From the NCBI GenBank assembly GCA_030390025.1, contig CM059432.1, forward strand, positions 49,292,001 to 49,356,000: DNA of 64,000 nt, written 5' to 3'. The stretch is from Squalus acanthias. Its lineage: Eukaryota. Made by a program: the position numbers and the translations under genes. Each line of letters opens with the position of its first letter. Position 1 is the first letter of the stretch. Of this stretch, positions 10,196-22,178 are shown piece after piece. The notes under the pieces were generated by a model. That model searched no databases, was not told the origin of the DNA, and worked only from the letters and a program-made list of their open reading frames with translations.

Positions 10196-13181
10196 TTAGG
10201 AGGTGTGGATGAGACGGTGCGGCGGTCTGATGGGCCGGCCGGAGCGGGTCTTGTAGGACACCGGTGGACGTGGAACGGCCGGGCGTGGAGCAGCCGGGTG
10301 AACTGGCTTGAGGGCAGGTCGGCCGCGTGGCGGTGGACGAGCTACAGGGACCTGCTCACCGGACTCCGAGTGTGCTGGCTTGAGTCGGTCAACTGACACT
10401 TTTTCGGTTCTGTCGCCCACTTGCAGGGTGAAAAATTTGTCCCCAGCCTGTAGCACCTTGTAGGTCCCGTCGTACGGGGGTTGAAGGGGTCCACGGTGGG
10501 CGTCGTGCCGGACGAAAACGAACCGTGCCTGGTGCAGGCTTAGTGGTGGTGTGTGAGGTGGATTCGCCGTGTCGGGCAATGGGCACCGGGGCGAACTGTA
10601 GCGCCGGTGTGGCGAAGTCGTGGCGTTGCTGGTCGGCTGACCAGGGTGTCGTGGCGGTGGGCAGGAACTCGCCGGGTACGCGCAGCGGCTGACCGTACAC
10701 GAGCTCTGCTGCCGATGCGTGAAGGTCTTCTTTAACCGCGGTGCGCAGGCCGAGGAGGACCCACGGGAGTCGGTCGGTCCAGGCGCTGTCCTGGAGGCTG
10801 GCTCGAAGAGATGCCTTCAAGGATCTGTGGAACCGCTCACACAGTCCGTTGGCTTGGGGGTGGTACGCTGTGGTGCGGTGAATGGTCACCCTGAGATTGC
10901 GTGCGATGGCGGTCCAGAGTTCAGAGGTAAATTGCGGACCTCTGTCCGACGTCATGTCGGAGGGGACGCCGAACCGTGCGACCCAAGTGCTGACGAAGGC
11001 TCTGGCGATGTCGGCGGTGGTGGTAGAGGTCAGTGGAATTGCCTCGGGCCAGCGCGTGGTGCGGTCAACGATCGTCAGCAAGTGCGTGTGGCCTTGCGAC
11101 GGCGGCAGAGGCCCGACGATGTCCACATGGATGTGGTCGAATCTGCGCGAAGGGACGGTAAACTCCTCGAGGGGTGCTTTCGTGTGTTGCTGCACCTTGG
11201 CCCGTTGGCAGGCTAGGCAGGAGTTGGCCCAAGTACGCACATCCTTGCGAAATCCGCGCCAGACAAAGCGGTTGGCTACCAATTTGATGGATGCGCGGGC
11301 GCCGGGGTGGGAGAGGTTGTGGAGAATCTCGAATACCCGGCGGCGCCAGGACGCTGGGACGACGGGCCGAGGTTGACATAGGGATATGTCGCACTTGACC
11401 GTGACTGCGGTCGGGCCACAGGCGACGTTGGCCAGGCGTAGCCCTGGTAGGTTGCTAGGTGCGGAGAGCAGATCAGGGTCGGTGATCTGGTCTGCTGCGA
11501 GTTGAGCGTAGTCGACTGCCAGGTGTGCGGCGTGGATGGCGGGGCGGGAGAGGCAGTTGGCTACCACATTGTCTCGGCCGGAGACGTGTTGGATGTCCGT
11601 GGTGAACTCGGACACTGCCGCGAGCTGGCGCTGCTGCCTGGCGGACCAGGGGTCGGTTGTCTTTGCAATTGCGAATGTCAGGGGTTTGTGGTCGACAAAC
11701 GCAGTGAAGGGGTGGCCCTCCAGCAAAAACCGAAAATGGCGGACCGCCAGGAACAGCGCGTGGAGCTCGCGGTCGAAGGTGCTGTACTTGACCTCCAGGG
11801 GGCGTAGTTGGCGGCTGAAGAAGGCAAGTGGTTGCCAGGCGCCGTCGACCCACTGCTCATACATGGCGCCGACCGCGTGGTCGGAGGCGTCCGTGGTGAG
11901 CGCTACCCTGGCATTGGGCCGTGGGTGCGCGAGCAGGGTGGCGTTGGCGAGCGCGGTCTTGGTGGAGTCGAAGGCGGCTGACGCGTCTGCCGTCCATTCG
12001 ACCGCCATCTTGCCGCTCCTGCCCCGGAGGGCTTCATACAGGGGCCTCATGAGGGACGCCGCTTTGGGGATGAAGCGGTTATAGAAATTCACCATCCCGA
12101 GGAACTCCTGGAGGCCTTTGATGGTGGTGGGGCAGGGAAATTGTTGGACGGCCTGCACCTTGGTGGGCAGGGGAATGGCCCCAGCATGGGTGATGTGGTG
12201 GCCGAGGAAGTCGATCTTGTCCAGGCCGAACTGGCATTTGGCTAGGCTGAGGATGAGCCCGTGGTCGCTGAGGCGCCCGAACAGGATGCGAAGGTGTTCG
12301 AGGTGTTCCTGCTTGGAGGAACAGGCTACCAGGATGTCGTCCAGGTAGACGAACAGGAACTTCAGGTCCTGAAGGACCGAGTCCATGAGCCGTTGGAAAA
12401 TCCTGGGCCGCGTTTTTGAGGCCGAAGGGCATCCGCAGGAACTCGAAAAGGCCGAAGGGGTGATTACGGCCGTCTTGGGGACGTCCGCGGGGTGGACGGG
12501 GACTTGGTGGTAGCCGCGCACCAGGTCGACCTCGGAAAAGACTGAGCGGCCGGCCAGTCTAGCCGAGAAGTCCTGGATGTGCGGCACGGGGTACCGATCA
12601 GGGGTGGTGGCGTCGTTGAGGCGGCGGTAATCCCCGCAGGTGCGCCAACCCCCGCCTGGTTTGGGGGCGATGTGGAGTGGGGAGGCCCAGGGACTGTTGG
12701 AGCGACGGATGATGCCGAGCTGTTCCATGGTGGCAAACTCGGTCCGCGCGATCTCCAGCTTGGCCAGGTCCAGCCTGCGGCAGTGGGCGTACACTGGGGG
12801 GCCTGTGGTGGGGATGAAGTGTTCCACCCCGTGTTTGGCGGCCTCCGCGGAGAAGGTCGGATTGGTAAGGTCCGGGAATTCGGCCAGGAGTGCCGAGTAG
12901 TCATCCGTGGCCCGGGCGTGGCACTGTGACGCCATGTCGGCGGGTTGATGGGGGGCCATGGCGCCCAGGATGGGGGACATGGTGTTCATGTCCACGAGGC
13001 GGTGTCGAGGGATGTCTACCAGTAGGCCGTGGGCGCACAGGAAATCTGCGCCGATGAGAGGGGAGAGCACCTTGGCAGTGATGAACTCCCATCGGTAGCG
13101 GCGACCAGCGAGGTCGAGGGTGACTTTGCCGGTGCCGTACGTCCGGATGTCCGAGCCGTTAGCAGCAGCCAGCGCCGGTCC
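10196..13181 (-). pseudogene. pol: Gypsy pol (rest of protease, RT, RNase H, integrase), frameshifted
   Basis: YLDD RT; TDAS..YS..E RNase H; H-x3-H...C-x2-C zinc finger; D..D..E integrase core; PPYDGTY (GPY/F-like) module in a shifted frame at 10196-10579. Confidence 0.95.
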
Positions 13182-14009
13182 TCATTTGCCCTTTTGGATG
13201 TCGAGGGCGGAGGCCGGGATGATGATGTGCTGAGCTCCAGTGTCACACAGGAACCGGCGGCCGGTTTTGTCATCCGTGACGTACAGCAGGGAGCCCGCGT
13301 GGCCCACGGCCATCGCGGGGGCTGGTACGGGGGCGGACTTGAAAGAGCAGGGAGATGTGCACCATTGTGCCCTGGCGCCGAACCGTGCGTGGTAGTAACA
13401 GTGGCCCGGGTTAGTGGGGCGCGAAGGCCCCGTGAGCCCGGTGGCTGGGCCTTGTGGCCGCGTGGTGGCCAGTGAGGGGCGCGCCCAGGCAGTGGCTGCC
13501 AGGTCCGGAGTGACGTCGTGGCTGGAGTGAGCGGACAGCAGCTTGTCGGCCTCATCGGCCAGGGCTTCCAGGTCCGTGAGGCCGGACGCCACGATCGCTG
13601 GGCGGATGCTGAGAGGTAGCTGGCGGATGAACAGCGTGCAGAAGAGGGATCCGGGTGGGCTCTCGTCAGTGAGGGAGAGCATGTGGGAGAGGAGGTCTGA
13701 TGGTGAGGCATCACCGAGGCCTGGAAGGTCGAGGAGGTGGCAGTTTCGCTGGTATGTCGAGGCCGTAAATTTTTTAAGGAGCGCGGCCTTAAGATGTGCA
13801 TACTTGCCTTCCTCTGGTGGGTTCTGCAGCGCTGTCCAGACCTTCGTAACTGTGGAGCTACCGAGTGATGTGACGAGGTAGTCGTACTTCGTCCCATCTG
13901 TGGTGATGTGTCGCAGCCGGAATCGGGACTCGGCTTGGAGGAACCAGGCTTCGGGCTGGTTTTCCCAAAACTCCAGCAGTTTCACGGAAACTGCGTTCGT
14001 GTCCGCCAT
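13182..14009 (-). CDS. gag: Gypsy gag plus N-terminal part of the protease, ending at an in-frame TGA
   Basis: 275-aa ORF with AVSVKL.EFW..QPEAWF, a C-x2-H-x9-C-x3-C knuckle (CYYHARFGARAQWCTSPC) and FLCDTGA. Confidence 0.88.
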   Translation of the reverse strand: MADTNAVSVKLLEFWENQPEAWFLQAESRFRLRHITTDGTKYDYLVTSLGSSTVTKVWTALQNPPEEGKYAHLKAALLKKFTASTYQRNCHLLDLPGLGDASPSDLLSHMLSLTDESPPGSLFCTLFIRQLPLSIRPAIVASGLTDLEALADEADKLLSAHSSHDVTPDLAATAWARPSLATTRPQGPATGLTGPSRPTNPGHCYYHARFGARAQWCTSPCSFKSAPVPAPAMAVGHAGSLLYVTDDKTGRRFLCDTGAQHIIIPASALDIQKGK

Positions 14010-14034
14010 TGCAGTGCTCGGAATACGTTCTGAG

Positions 14035-14048
14035 CGTCGGGGTCACCA
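14035..14048 (-). promoter_or_regulatory. Primer-binding site, tRNA-Trp
   Basis: TGGTGACCCCGACG immediately 3' of the 5' LTR, complementary to the 3' end of tRNA-Trp. Confidence 0.9.
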
Positions 14049-14049
14049 A

Positions 14050-14327
14050 TATTGTGGCTGCCGCGAAGCACGAATTGAGGTTGAGTCAATATGTGGAGCA
14101 CATGGCTTTTAATTACATACTCCTTGGCAAAATGGCTGCTACAACTTCTCTCTGCAAAACCCTACTGGTTGAGGGCGACGCCCGCTCTTTTTAAGTTCCC
14201 ACTGAGGGCGACGCCCACTCCTTTTTTCATGCCTTAAAGGCAGCATGCGCCTTAAAGGCAAGGTGCCCGATTTATTGTCCATGGACGGAAAAGTGGATTG
14301 CGCCCGTTTAGGTGGCGATCCGCCACA
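14050..14327 (-). repeat. 5' LTR of Gypsy copy 1
   Basis: Direct repeat of 9898-10175, followed by the PBS. Confidence 0.95.
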
Positions 14328-15374
14328 TGGTAATGATTGATGGGTGTTTTTGTGACTGGAACGCTGTTTCCAGTGGGATTTCGCAGGGCTCAGTACTAGG
14401 TCCCTTGCTTTTTGTGGTATATATCAACGATCTTGACTTGAATATAGGGGGTATGATTAAGAAGTTTGCAGACTAAAATCGGCTGTGTGGTTGATACTGA
14501 AGAAGGAAGCTGTAGACTGCAGGAAGGTATCAATAAATTGGTCAGGTGGGCAGAACACTGGCAAATGGAATTCAATCCGGAGAAGTGTGAGTTAATGCAT
14601 TTGGGGAGGACTAACAAGGAAAGGGAATACACATTAAATGGTAGGACACTGAGTAGTGTAGAGGAACAAAGAGAACTTGGAGTGCATGTCCACAGATCCC
14701 TGAAGGTAGCAGGCCAAGTAGATAAGGTGGTTAAGAAGGCATACGGAATGCTTGCCTTTATTAGCCGTGGCATAGAATACAAGAGCAGGGGGGTTATGCT
14801 TCAACTGTATAAAACACTAGTTAGGCCTCAGCTAGAGTACTGTGTGCAGTTCTGGTCACCACATTATAGGAAATATGTGATTGCACTAGAGAGGGTACAG
14901 AGGAGATTTACAAGGATGTTGCCAGGAGTAGAGAATCTTAGCTATGAGAAAAGACTGGATAGGCTGGGTCTGATTTCCTTGGAACAGAGGAGGTTGAGGG
15001 GAGACCTTATTGAGGTATATAAAATTATGAGGGGCATAGATAAAGTGGATCTATTTCCCTTAGCAGAGGGGTCAAAAACCAGGGGGCACAGATTTAAAGT
15101 AATTGGGGGAAGGTTTATAGGGGATTTGAGGGGAAATTTCTTCACCCAGAGGGTTGTGGGGGTCTGGAACTCACTGCCTGAAAGGGTGGTAGAGGCAGGA
15201 ACCCTAACCACATTTAAAAACTACTTGGATGTGCACTTTGGATGCTCTAACCTGCAGGGTTACGGACCAAGAGCTGGGAAGTGGGATTAGGCTGGCTAGC
15301 TCTTTGTTGGCCGGCGCGGACACGATGGACCGAAATGGCCTCCTTCCGTGCTGTAACTTTCTATGATTCTATGC
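14328..15374 (+). mobile_element. CR1 LINE, 3' part
   Basis: QGSVLGP, WQMEFNPEKC, RPQLEYCVQFWSP and FFTQRVV motifs; TTCTATGATTCTATG tail. Confidence 0.93.
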
Positions 15375-15829
15375 TCGTCAGTTGTCCGACAACCAACTAG
15401 TGGCTCTTCTCCTTTGGGGAAGGGGGAGCGATATGTGGGTTCTTTGAGGTTGAAGTGGCCCCAAGATAATGTGCCCGACAACGGAAATTTGGAACCAATT
15501 TAATCCTCTGAAACAGATTCTCTAATCTGATTTCCAAAACAGGCAGATCTGCTGTGTTAATGACTAACCAGCCAGCCTGGCTCGCTACTCGAACCTGGAG
15601 GGGTAGACCTGCCACTGGAGAGCTAGATTATTCCCACACGGCTCCAAATAAGCTTGCAAGCATAAGCACCAACAGGCAGCATGGTCTTAGCTGGGCAAAC
15701 AGCTCCAGTAAACTGCATGGTTTTAGTTGGTCAAATTCTATCAGTGCTCCTGGGGATCCCTAAATCTGCTAATCCGCACCTAAACTTACTGGATTTGGGT
15801 ACGTGCGTTGTGCCACTACAGGGGGAGAG

Positions 15830-17228
15830 AAATGCAGGGAACAGCACCAACCGCTGTACATGGCCTTCTTTGATCTCACAAAGGCCTTTGACACCGTCAA
15901 CCATGAGGGATTATGGAGTGTCCTCCTCAAATTCGGCTGCCCTAAAGTTTGTCACCATCCTCCACCTGCTTCACGACGACATGCAAACCGTGATCCTGAC
16001 CAACAGATCCGCCACAGACCCAATTCACGTATGGACCGGGGTCAAGCAAGACTGTGTCATCGCACCAACGCTCTTCTCGATCTTCCTGGCTGCAATGCTC
16101 CATCTCACCCTCAGTAAGCTCCCCACTGGAGTGGAGCTAATCTACAGAACAAACTGGAAACTGTTCAACCTCCGTCACCTCCAGTCCAGATCCAAGGTCG
16201 TCCCATCCTCTGTCGTCGAATTACAGTATGCAGACGATGCTTGCGTCTGCGCTCACTCGGAGGTCGAACTCCAAGCCATCGTCAACACCTTCACGGAAGC
16301 GTACAAGAGCATGGGCCTTACACTAAACATCCGTAAGACAAAGGTCGTCTACCAACTTGCCCCCGCCACACAGTACTGCTCCCCGATTATCAAAATCTAT
16401 GACAAGGCCTTGGACAACATGGACCACTTTCCATACCTCGGGAGCCTACTGTCAACAAGGGCAGACGTCGATGACGAAGTCCAACACCGCCTTCAGTGTG
16501 CCAGTGCAGCCTTCGGTCGCCTGAGGAAGAGAGTGTTTGAAGACCAGGACCTCAAACTCAGCACCAAGCTCATGGTCTACAGAACAGTAGTGATACCCGC
16601 CCTCCTGTATGCTTCAGAGACATGGACCATGTACAGCAGGTGCCTCAAAGCACTGGAGAGGTACCACCAATGCTGCCTCCGCAAGATCCTGCAAATACAT
16701 TGGCAGGATAGTTGCACCAACGTCAGTGTTCTCGCTCAGGGTAACATCCCCAGCATCGAAGCTTTGACCATGCTTGATCAGCTCCGATGGACGGGCCACA
16801 TCGTCCGCATGCCCGATACGAGACTCCCAAAGCAAGCGCTCTACTCGGAGCTCCAACATGGCAAGAGAGCCCCAGGTGGACAGAGGAAACGCTTCAAGGA
16901 CACCCTCAAAGCCTCCTTGAAAAAGTGCAACATCCTCACCGACACCTGGGAATCCCTGGCCCAAGACCGCACAAAGTGGAGGAGAAGCATCCGGGAAGGT
17001 GCCGAACACCTCGAGTCTCTTCGCCGGGAGCAAGCGGAAGCCAAGCGCAAACAGCGGAAGGAGCGCACGTCAACCCAAGCACCCCACCCACCCGCCCCTT
17101 CAACCACCGTTTGCCCCACCTGTGACAGAGACTGTAGGTCCCGCATTGGACTCATCAGTCACCTGAGAACTCATTTTTAGTGTGGAAGCAAGTCATCCTC
17201 GGTCCTGAGGGACTGACTAAGAAGAATA
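15830..17228 (+). mobile_element. RTE-clade LINE, 5'-truncated
   Basis: FFDLTKAFD, GVKQ.CVIAP, LQYADD, LLYASETWT and C-terminal CPTC..C.SRIGLISH; (AAG)n-like tail; 15-bp TSD ACTACAGGGGGAGAG (15815-15829 and 17229-17243). Confidence 0.93.
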
Positions 17229-18827
17229 ACTACAGGGGGAGAGCATGCACTTCTTATTGGGCAAACAGAAACCATTCAGATGGATGTAGATTTCTCAGCA
17301 GCTTGATTTGGAGACTCTTAAACATGGTGATTGGTTTCCACATGTGTCAGACACACAACTAACCCAAAAAATAGGCCTGTTTCCACACTCCTAGCAGGGA
17401 ACGCACTGCAGGCACACAGGCTGTGATTTTTAGTCCATTAATTTTAATGGACAGAAAATCACAGGTTGTGAGTTTGCAATTTACTGAGACCCAAACCCTG
17501 GAAGCATCGAATTAGCCCTAAGGTTTCATGCCTGGCAACAGTTTGAGAGGTACTGTTTGTGAACATAAAGTAGATATCTGATGTAAAATGCCTTGTTTAA
17601 CTGTATGGAGCTGTTGCAACAGTCCCGATTTTATAGATAGCATTCAACACGGCGGTCCCAAGAAACCCGCAGCATAGCATGTGGATTGGTCTGCGAGGCA
17701 GTGAAAACCTGCCTTTCTATTGTCTGAATAAACTGTTGAATCCAACTATGTCTTAATGACAAAGGGGGAAAGTCTGCTGTGGATCAGAGACACTGCCGGG
17801 CAGGTGTAGGCCTCTGTTAAAACCAATTGTTAAACTGTCAAAAAAATTCTGGAAACAAGACATTACAAATCAAGTGGAAGAGAAATGAGGGCGCTCTGTT
17901 GGCATTTGGCATGGGTTCCTCGCAGAACATTTTCATTAGCTACAACTGATTTCCGCATAACTGGCTCATTTGCCGACTACTGACTGCGAGTGCTCCTTAC
18001 ATCTTTAAATAGCGGCTGAGCCTTTTGCAAAATTTGGCGGAGAGCGTATTAAAGATAAGAAGATGGTCCCCAATGGATCTGTGACTAGGTCAACTATATT
18101 AATTGCGCATAATAGGTGCACTCACCAAGGTCCTAGCAATGTGTGCCTGATTTCAGTGGCATACCTATGTTTCACTTCTATTTTACTACAGTATCTTTCT
18201 TCGATGTTCTCTGCAGGGACTCCTCTGGAAATAGAAAGTAGTAACTTAAAAAAAATGGATGTAGAGCACGCAAGGGATTTACATACTCTACAATGAAAGT
18301 TCTTGGCCTCACATTTACCTTCTCCTTTCGAATGGTCACAGCTGAAGATCAGATAGACTACAGTTGCTCTTTACTGTGAGCATTTTACGTTGTCTGTGAC
18401 CTTGCTCAGCTTTTGCCTGAATTTTTACTGTTGAAACTCATACAAGACAGCCTGGGGGTGGTTTTTCTCAGCCTGCTATTTTTAAAGGAATTCTGTATAC
18501 ATAAGTTTACAACTTTGCTACAAATAACAAACAGTAGAAATTTCTCTCCCCTATTCCTTAGAGAAATAGAGCAAAGAAGGCCATTTGACCCATCTTGCCT
18601 GTGCCGGCTCTGAGAGAGCTACCATTTAGTCCCGTACCCCTGCCCTTTCCCCCATAGCCCTGCAATTTTTTTCTTTTTCAAGTATATATCCAATTACCTT
18701 TTGAAAGTTACTATTGAATCTACTGCCACCACCCTTTCATGATGCGGAGATGCCGGTGTTGGACTGGGGTGGACAAAAATGAGAAGTCGCACAACACCAG
18801 GTTATAGTCCAACAGATTTATTTAAAA

Positions 18828-18865
18828 TTACAAGCTTTCGGAGCTGTCGCCCCTTCGTCAGGTAA
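18828..18865 (-). ncRNA. Minimal hammerhead ribozyme (mirror copy)
   Basis: Exact reverse complement of 18897-18934. Confidence 0.72.
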
Positions 18866-18896
18866 AGGTACAATGAAGGATTCCTTCATTGTACCT

Positions 18897-18934
18897 TTAC
18901 CTGACGAAGGGGCGACAGCTCCGAAAGCTTGTAA
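18897..18934 (+). ncRNA. Minimal hammerhead ribozyme (PLE type)
   Basis: TTAC-CTGACGA-A-GGGGC(GACA)GCTCC-GAAA-GCTT-GTAA: CUGANGA and GAAA core, helix II, helix I UUAC/GUAA and palindromic AGCU in place of helix III. Confidence 0.72.
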
Positions 18935-20722
18935 TTTTAAATAAATCTGTTGGACTATAACCTGGTGTTGTGCGACTTCTCATTTTTGACCACCCTTTCA
19001 GACAGTGCATGCCAGATCATAACAACTCGCTGCGCAAAAAAAATCTCCTCATCTCCCCCCTGGCTTTTCTGCCAATTATCTTATATCTGTGTCCTCTGGT
19101 TACTGACCCTCCTGCTGGTGGAAACAGTGTCTTCCTATATACTCCATCAAAACCCCTCCTTGTCCAAATCAGAGTTGCGATTGAGTTTCAACAGGTTAAC
19201 TTAACCATTGATCTCTGAACACATAGCTGGATTCAGGTTGCCATTCTTCTGGCCTGATGCACAAAATAGAACAGCAGAAGCACAATGTTGATAGCTTGGA
19301 CTGGATTTACCCTAATACATTCAGCCAGGCATAAAAGACTAGAATGCAATGTCATCTTTTTTGTCAGCTTCCATTACAGAATGTCCAATAACCTACGTTT
19401 CAAAGGATCGAATGCGTCTGAGAAACATTGCAAAATGTTATTGCAACTGGAAACACTGTAATGAATATCAGGTTGAGGACTTCTCTGAACCAAGTTAACA
19501 GTTCATCCTTATAAAAAAGGTCAGCCTTCAAGGACAAAGTGAATATTTGCAACTAGATATAAAGTGAAAGTATCCAAGAAATAGTCCAGTAAAAAAATCT
19601 CAAACAGTAGAACTTGTTAATGAATGTTATGAACTGCGCTATATATGTACCACTATGTGCATGTATGCCTATGTGTACATAATGCCAACAAAGTAAAACA
19701 TCAAGGCAAGAACTAATAGACAAACATGCATTCTATGTTTATTGTACATTTATCGCTGTATGTGTTGTGTTACTTTCAAATGAAGTTTCCTTTAAACACA
19801 GGGCACTGAGTGCTACATTGAGCTGAAATGCTATACATTCACAGAATGCTCAAGTATCAATCCAGATCAGAGAGATGAGAGGGGATGAAAGTTTTCTTTC
19901 TCCCTTTAAGAGTTTTAAGTGAAAAGTTTGTTCAGTATAAGCCCTGATCCCATACATGAACCAGCAGCATCAAATTTTCCAAATTATGGCACTAATTGAA
20001 CCATCTCATTTCAGACTAGCCTGATGGTCAGTTAGCATGGATAACACAAGAAGTACAAAGGTGCAGCATGAGGAGCTCATCTAAGGAGCGGGTGACAGCA
20101 CATTGTAGAAACAGTTTAGAGAGAATGTACTGTATCTAACGCAGTGGCATGTTTTGTGATTTCCTTTTTTGTCATGGAAGGAATCCTGGTATGATTTATA
20201 TTAAAATGTTTAATTTAAATCTAGCTCTCGGGATTAAAATCACTGCAGCAGCTAGAGGATGGAACAGTTTAGGAAATGTTACTATTCGCATACTATTTCG
20301 ACCTGGGACAGGAAATGTCAATTGACTCATCTAGACCCATTGGAGGTGATTGTCGTCTCACTAACCCCCGCTTTTTTTAGCGTAAACAGGGCAGTAGCTG
20401 TAAAAGTGATGAATGAAGTCAGTGGCCCAGCGAACACGACCAGCACAACAGTAAAAACTATCTTGAAGATGCTAGTGGTAGAAACAGTAACAAGAAATAG
20501 GGGGCCAGGTTATGGTACAGTAAATACCTGAAAAAAACCCTTCCGGAAAACTTTGTAAGATGGGTCTCACCATGCAATATAAAAAGTAAGCCCATTAGTG
20601 TACCTAGTAAGGGTGACAGAAGGGAATCAGAAAATTGACAAATAGATGCATGCTATGCTATGCAACTTAAACCGTTTAAGGGCTCCTGCAAAGTGCTGGA
20701 GCTACAATAGATTTTCTTACAG

Positions 20723-22070
20723 ATAATCCTAACCCTGGGGGTACTGGTGGCCCAAGCAAATATTGAATGTGTGATGAACCCACACCCCTATATTTTGAAC
20801 CAAAGCAACATCCAACAACTGCAGAATGATGGCAGATGTAGCTGCATTATAAGAGCCTGAAGAATGGACTTGTAGTCATCAGAATTCATCAAGCCTTTTA
20901 CAATGTTGTGCGTTATGAGATTGTACCAGTGGTTTTTAGTCTATCAACTGTAACTATGCCAAAAGGCCTAGGTAACCCAACATATGAACATTTTTATTCT
21001 GCTATGATTCTGGAAATTGTGCGTGAATTCAATCAAAGAAATGCAGGTAGACATTTAGATGAACTATGGCCTCCAATTTTGACTGAGAATGGGAATGGAA
21101 AACAAAATATGAGGGGGTTAGGAGGAGAGTGGTTAGGTATAGGAGCTACAGCAGCCTGGGACCGAGTAGACATTGAATCATTATGGGAGCATGTTGAGGC
21201 AATGTGAAAACAGCTGAAAGGGTCACTGAAAGGTATGAACACTGAAGGACTAAAAACAGTGTTATTAATAAAGGAAATAGTAGGTGCTATGTACAAATTG
21301 AAGGATAAAATCAATGAAATGATCAATCTGACTAATACAGCATATCAGGACCAGAAAATATCTAAAGCAATTATGCGTGCCATTTTTGGAAGGCTTTTTA
21401 TTGAATCAAATCCAAAATGGGCTAAGTGATATAGAAAACAATAATCTGCCTAGTTTTGTGAAGCCATTTAATCAGTTGGCATACGGGCAGTAAAATTCAG
21501 GAATGGTGTAAAGTAAGATGCTACAGTTCAGTTTAATACACGAGAAAATTGTGTAACCAATCAGAGATAATAATACCTGTTGTGGTGGCAGTATCACAGT
21601 TGGAGCAACATAAACTTATGGAAGTTTTCACAGTTGAGAGAATAAGAGTGATCGAGTCTTGTTACCGATCAAAGGTGCTGAAGAAACATGTGAATTATCA
21701 CTGAAGTTCAGGTGAATATAACCCTCCAGGCAGAGGTGTTACAGTCAGTGGTGAGGTTTGGCCATCGAATCCCACCTCTGTCTTTAAATTTATGGTCTAT
21801 TTTGCAAAGGTCCAACAAACACTTAGTACACATGCAACAACAAATGACAGGATAGAGAAAGGTACAAGTGCGTTAGGAAATCATGAGTGGTGGAAAGTAG
21901 TATACGACATCAGACTGTATCCCTGGGTGCGGATTATGTCAATGTTGTTTGTCATCGCACAGGGGATCCCGTTGCTGACAATTATTTGTGTAGTTAGGAA
22001 AGCCCTAAGGAAGGTAAGACTGAGAAAGAACAAAATGGACTTGATTTCTCTCATGAATGTGAATCGGTAG
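20723..22070 (+). pseudogene. env: env-like class I fusion glycoprotein pseudogene
   Basis: Acceptor TTTTCTTACAG then hydrophobic IILTLGVLVAQA; decayed basic site KQNMR followed by GLGGEWLGIGATAAW; long heptad region; WW-TM (IMSMLFVIAQGIPLLTIICVV) and a basic tail. Contains stops, frameshifts and a probable internal deletion. Confidence 0.72.
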
Positions 22071-22178
22071 GGCTTATGGAGCAGAACCATCAGGGTGATG
22101 AGGACCCAGGAACTGTGAGAGAAATAGTTGAGTGTGGAACCCTGGAAAAGGTATTTCCCAGAGTTCCAGGAAGGGGAT

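Larger units (their letters stand above)
9898..14327 (-). mobile_element. Ty3/Gypsy LTR retrotransposon, CsRn1/Kabuki-like clade, full length (copy 1)
   Basis: Two 278-bp LTRs with about 4 differences; 4-bp TSD TGGT (9894-9897 and 14328-14331); tRNA-Trp PBS; G-rich PPT; domain order gag-PR-RT-RH-IN. Confidence 0.97.
18740..18988 (-). mobile_element. Short Penelope-derived insertion with an inverted pseudo-LTR (perfect palindrome 18774-18988)
   Basis: 12-bp TSD ACCACCCTTTCA (18728-18739 and 18989-19000); 107-bp perfect inverted arms around a single base (18881); 34-bp unique tail; hammerhead cores. Confidence 0.82.
18560..19160 (-). mobile_element. CR1 3' fragment, interrupted by the PLE-derived insertion
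   Basis: Reverse complement matches the CR1 ORF2 end and 3' UTR; the sequence is continuous across the 12-bp duplication. Confidence 0.75.

Noticed and set aside
10160..13900. Many overlapping antisense and alternative-frame ORFs over the Gypsy (also 26886-30448)
   Set aside because: Expected by-product of high GC3 codon bias; no independent motifs.
15681..15930. N-terminal part of the 499-aa ORF as a host-RTE fusion gene
   Set aside because: It is chance read-in from flanking DNA plus an out-of-frame RTE segment; the true RT frame there is the 15803-16117 ORF.
8385..18341. 23-nt exons as a TRIM-gene signature
   Set aside because: No RING/B-box, coiled-coil or PRY-SPRY exons were found in the window.
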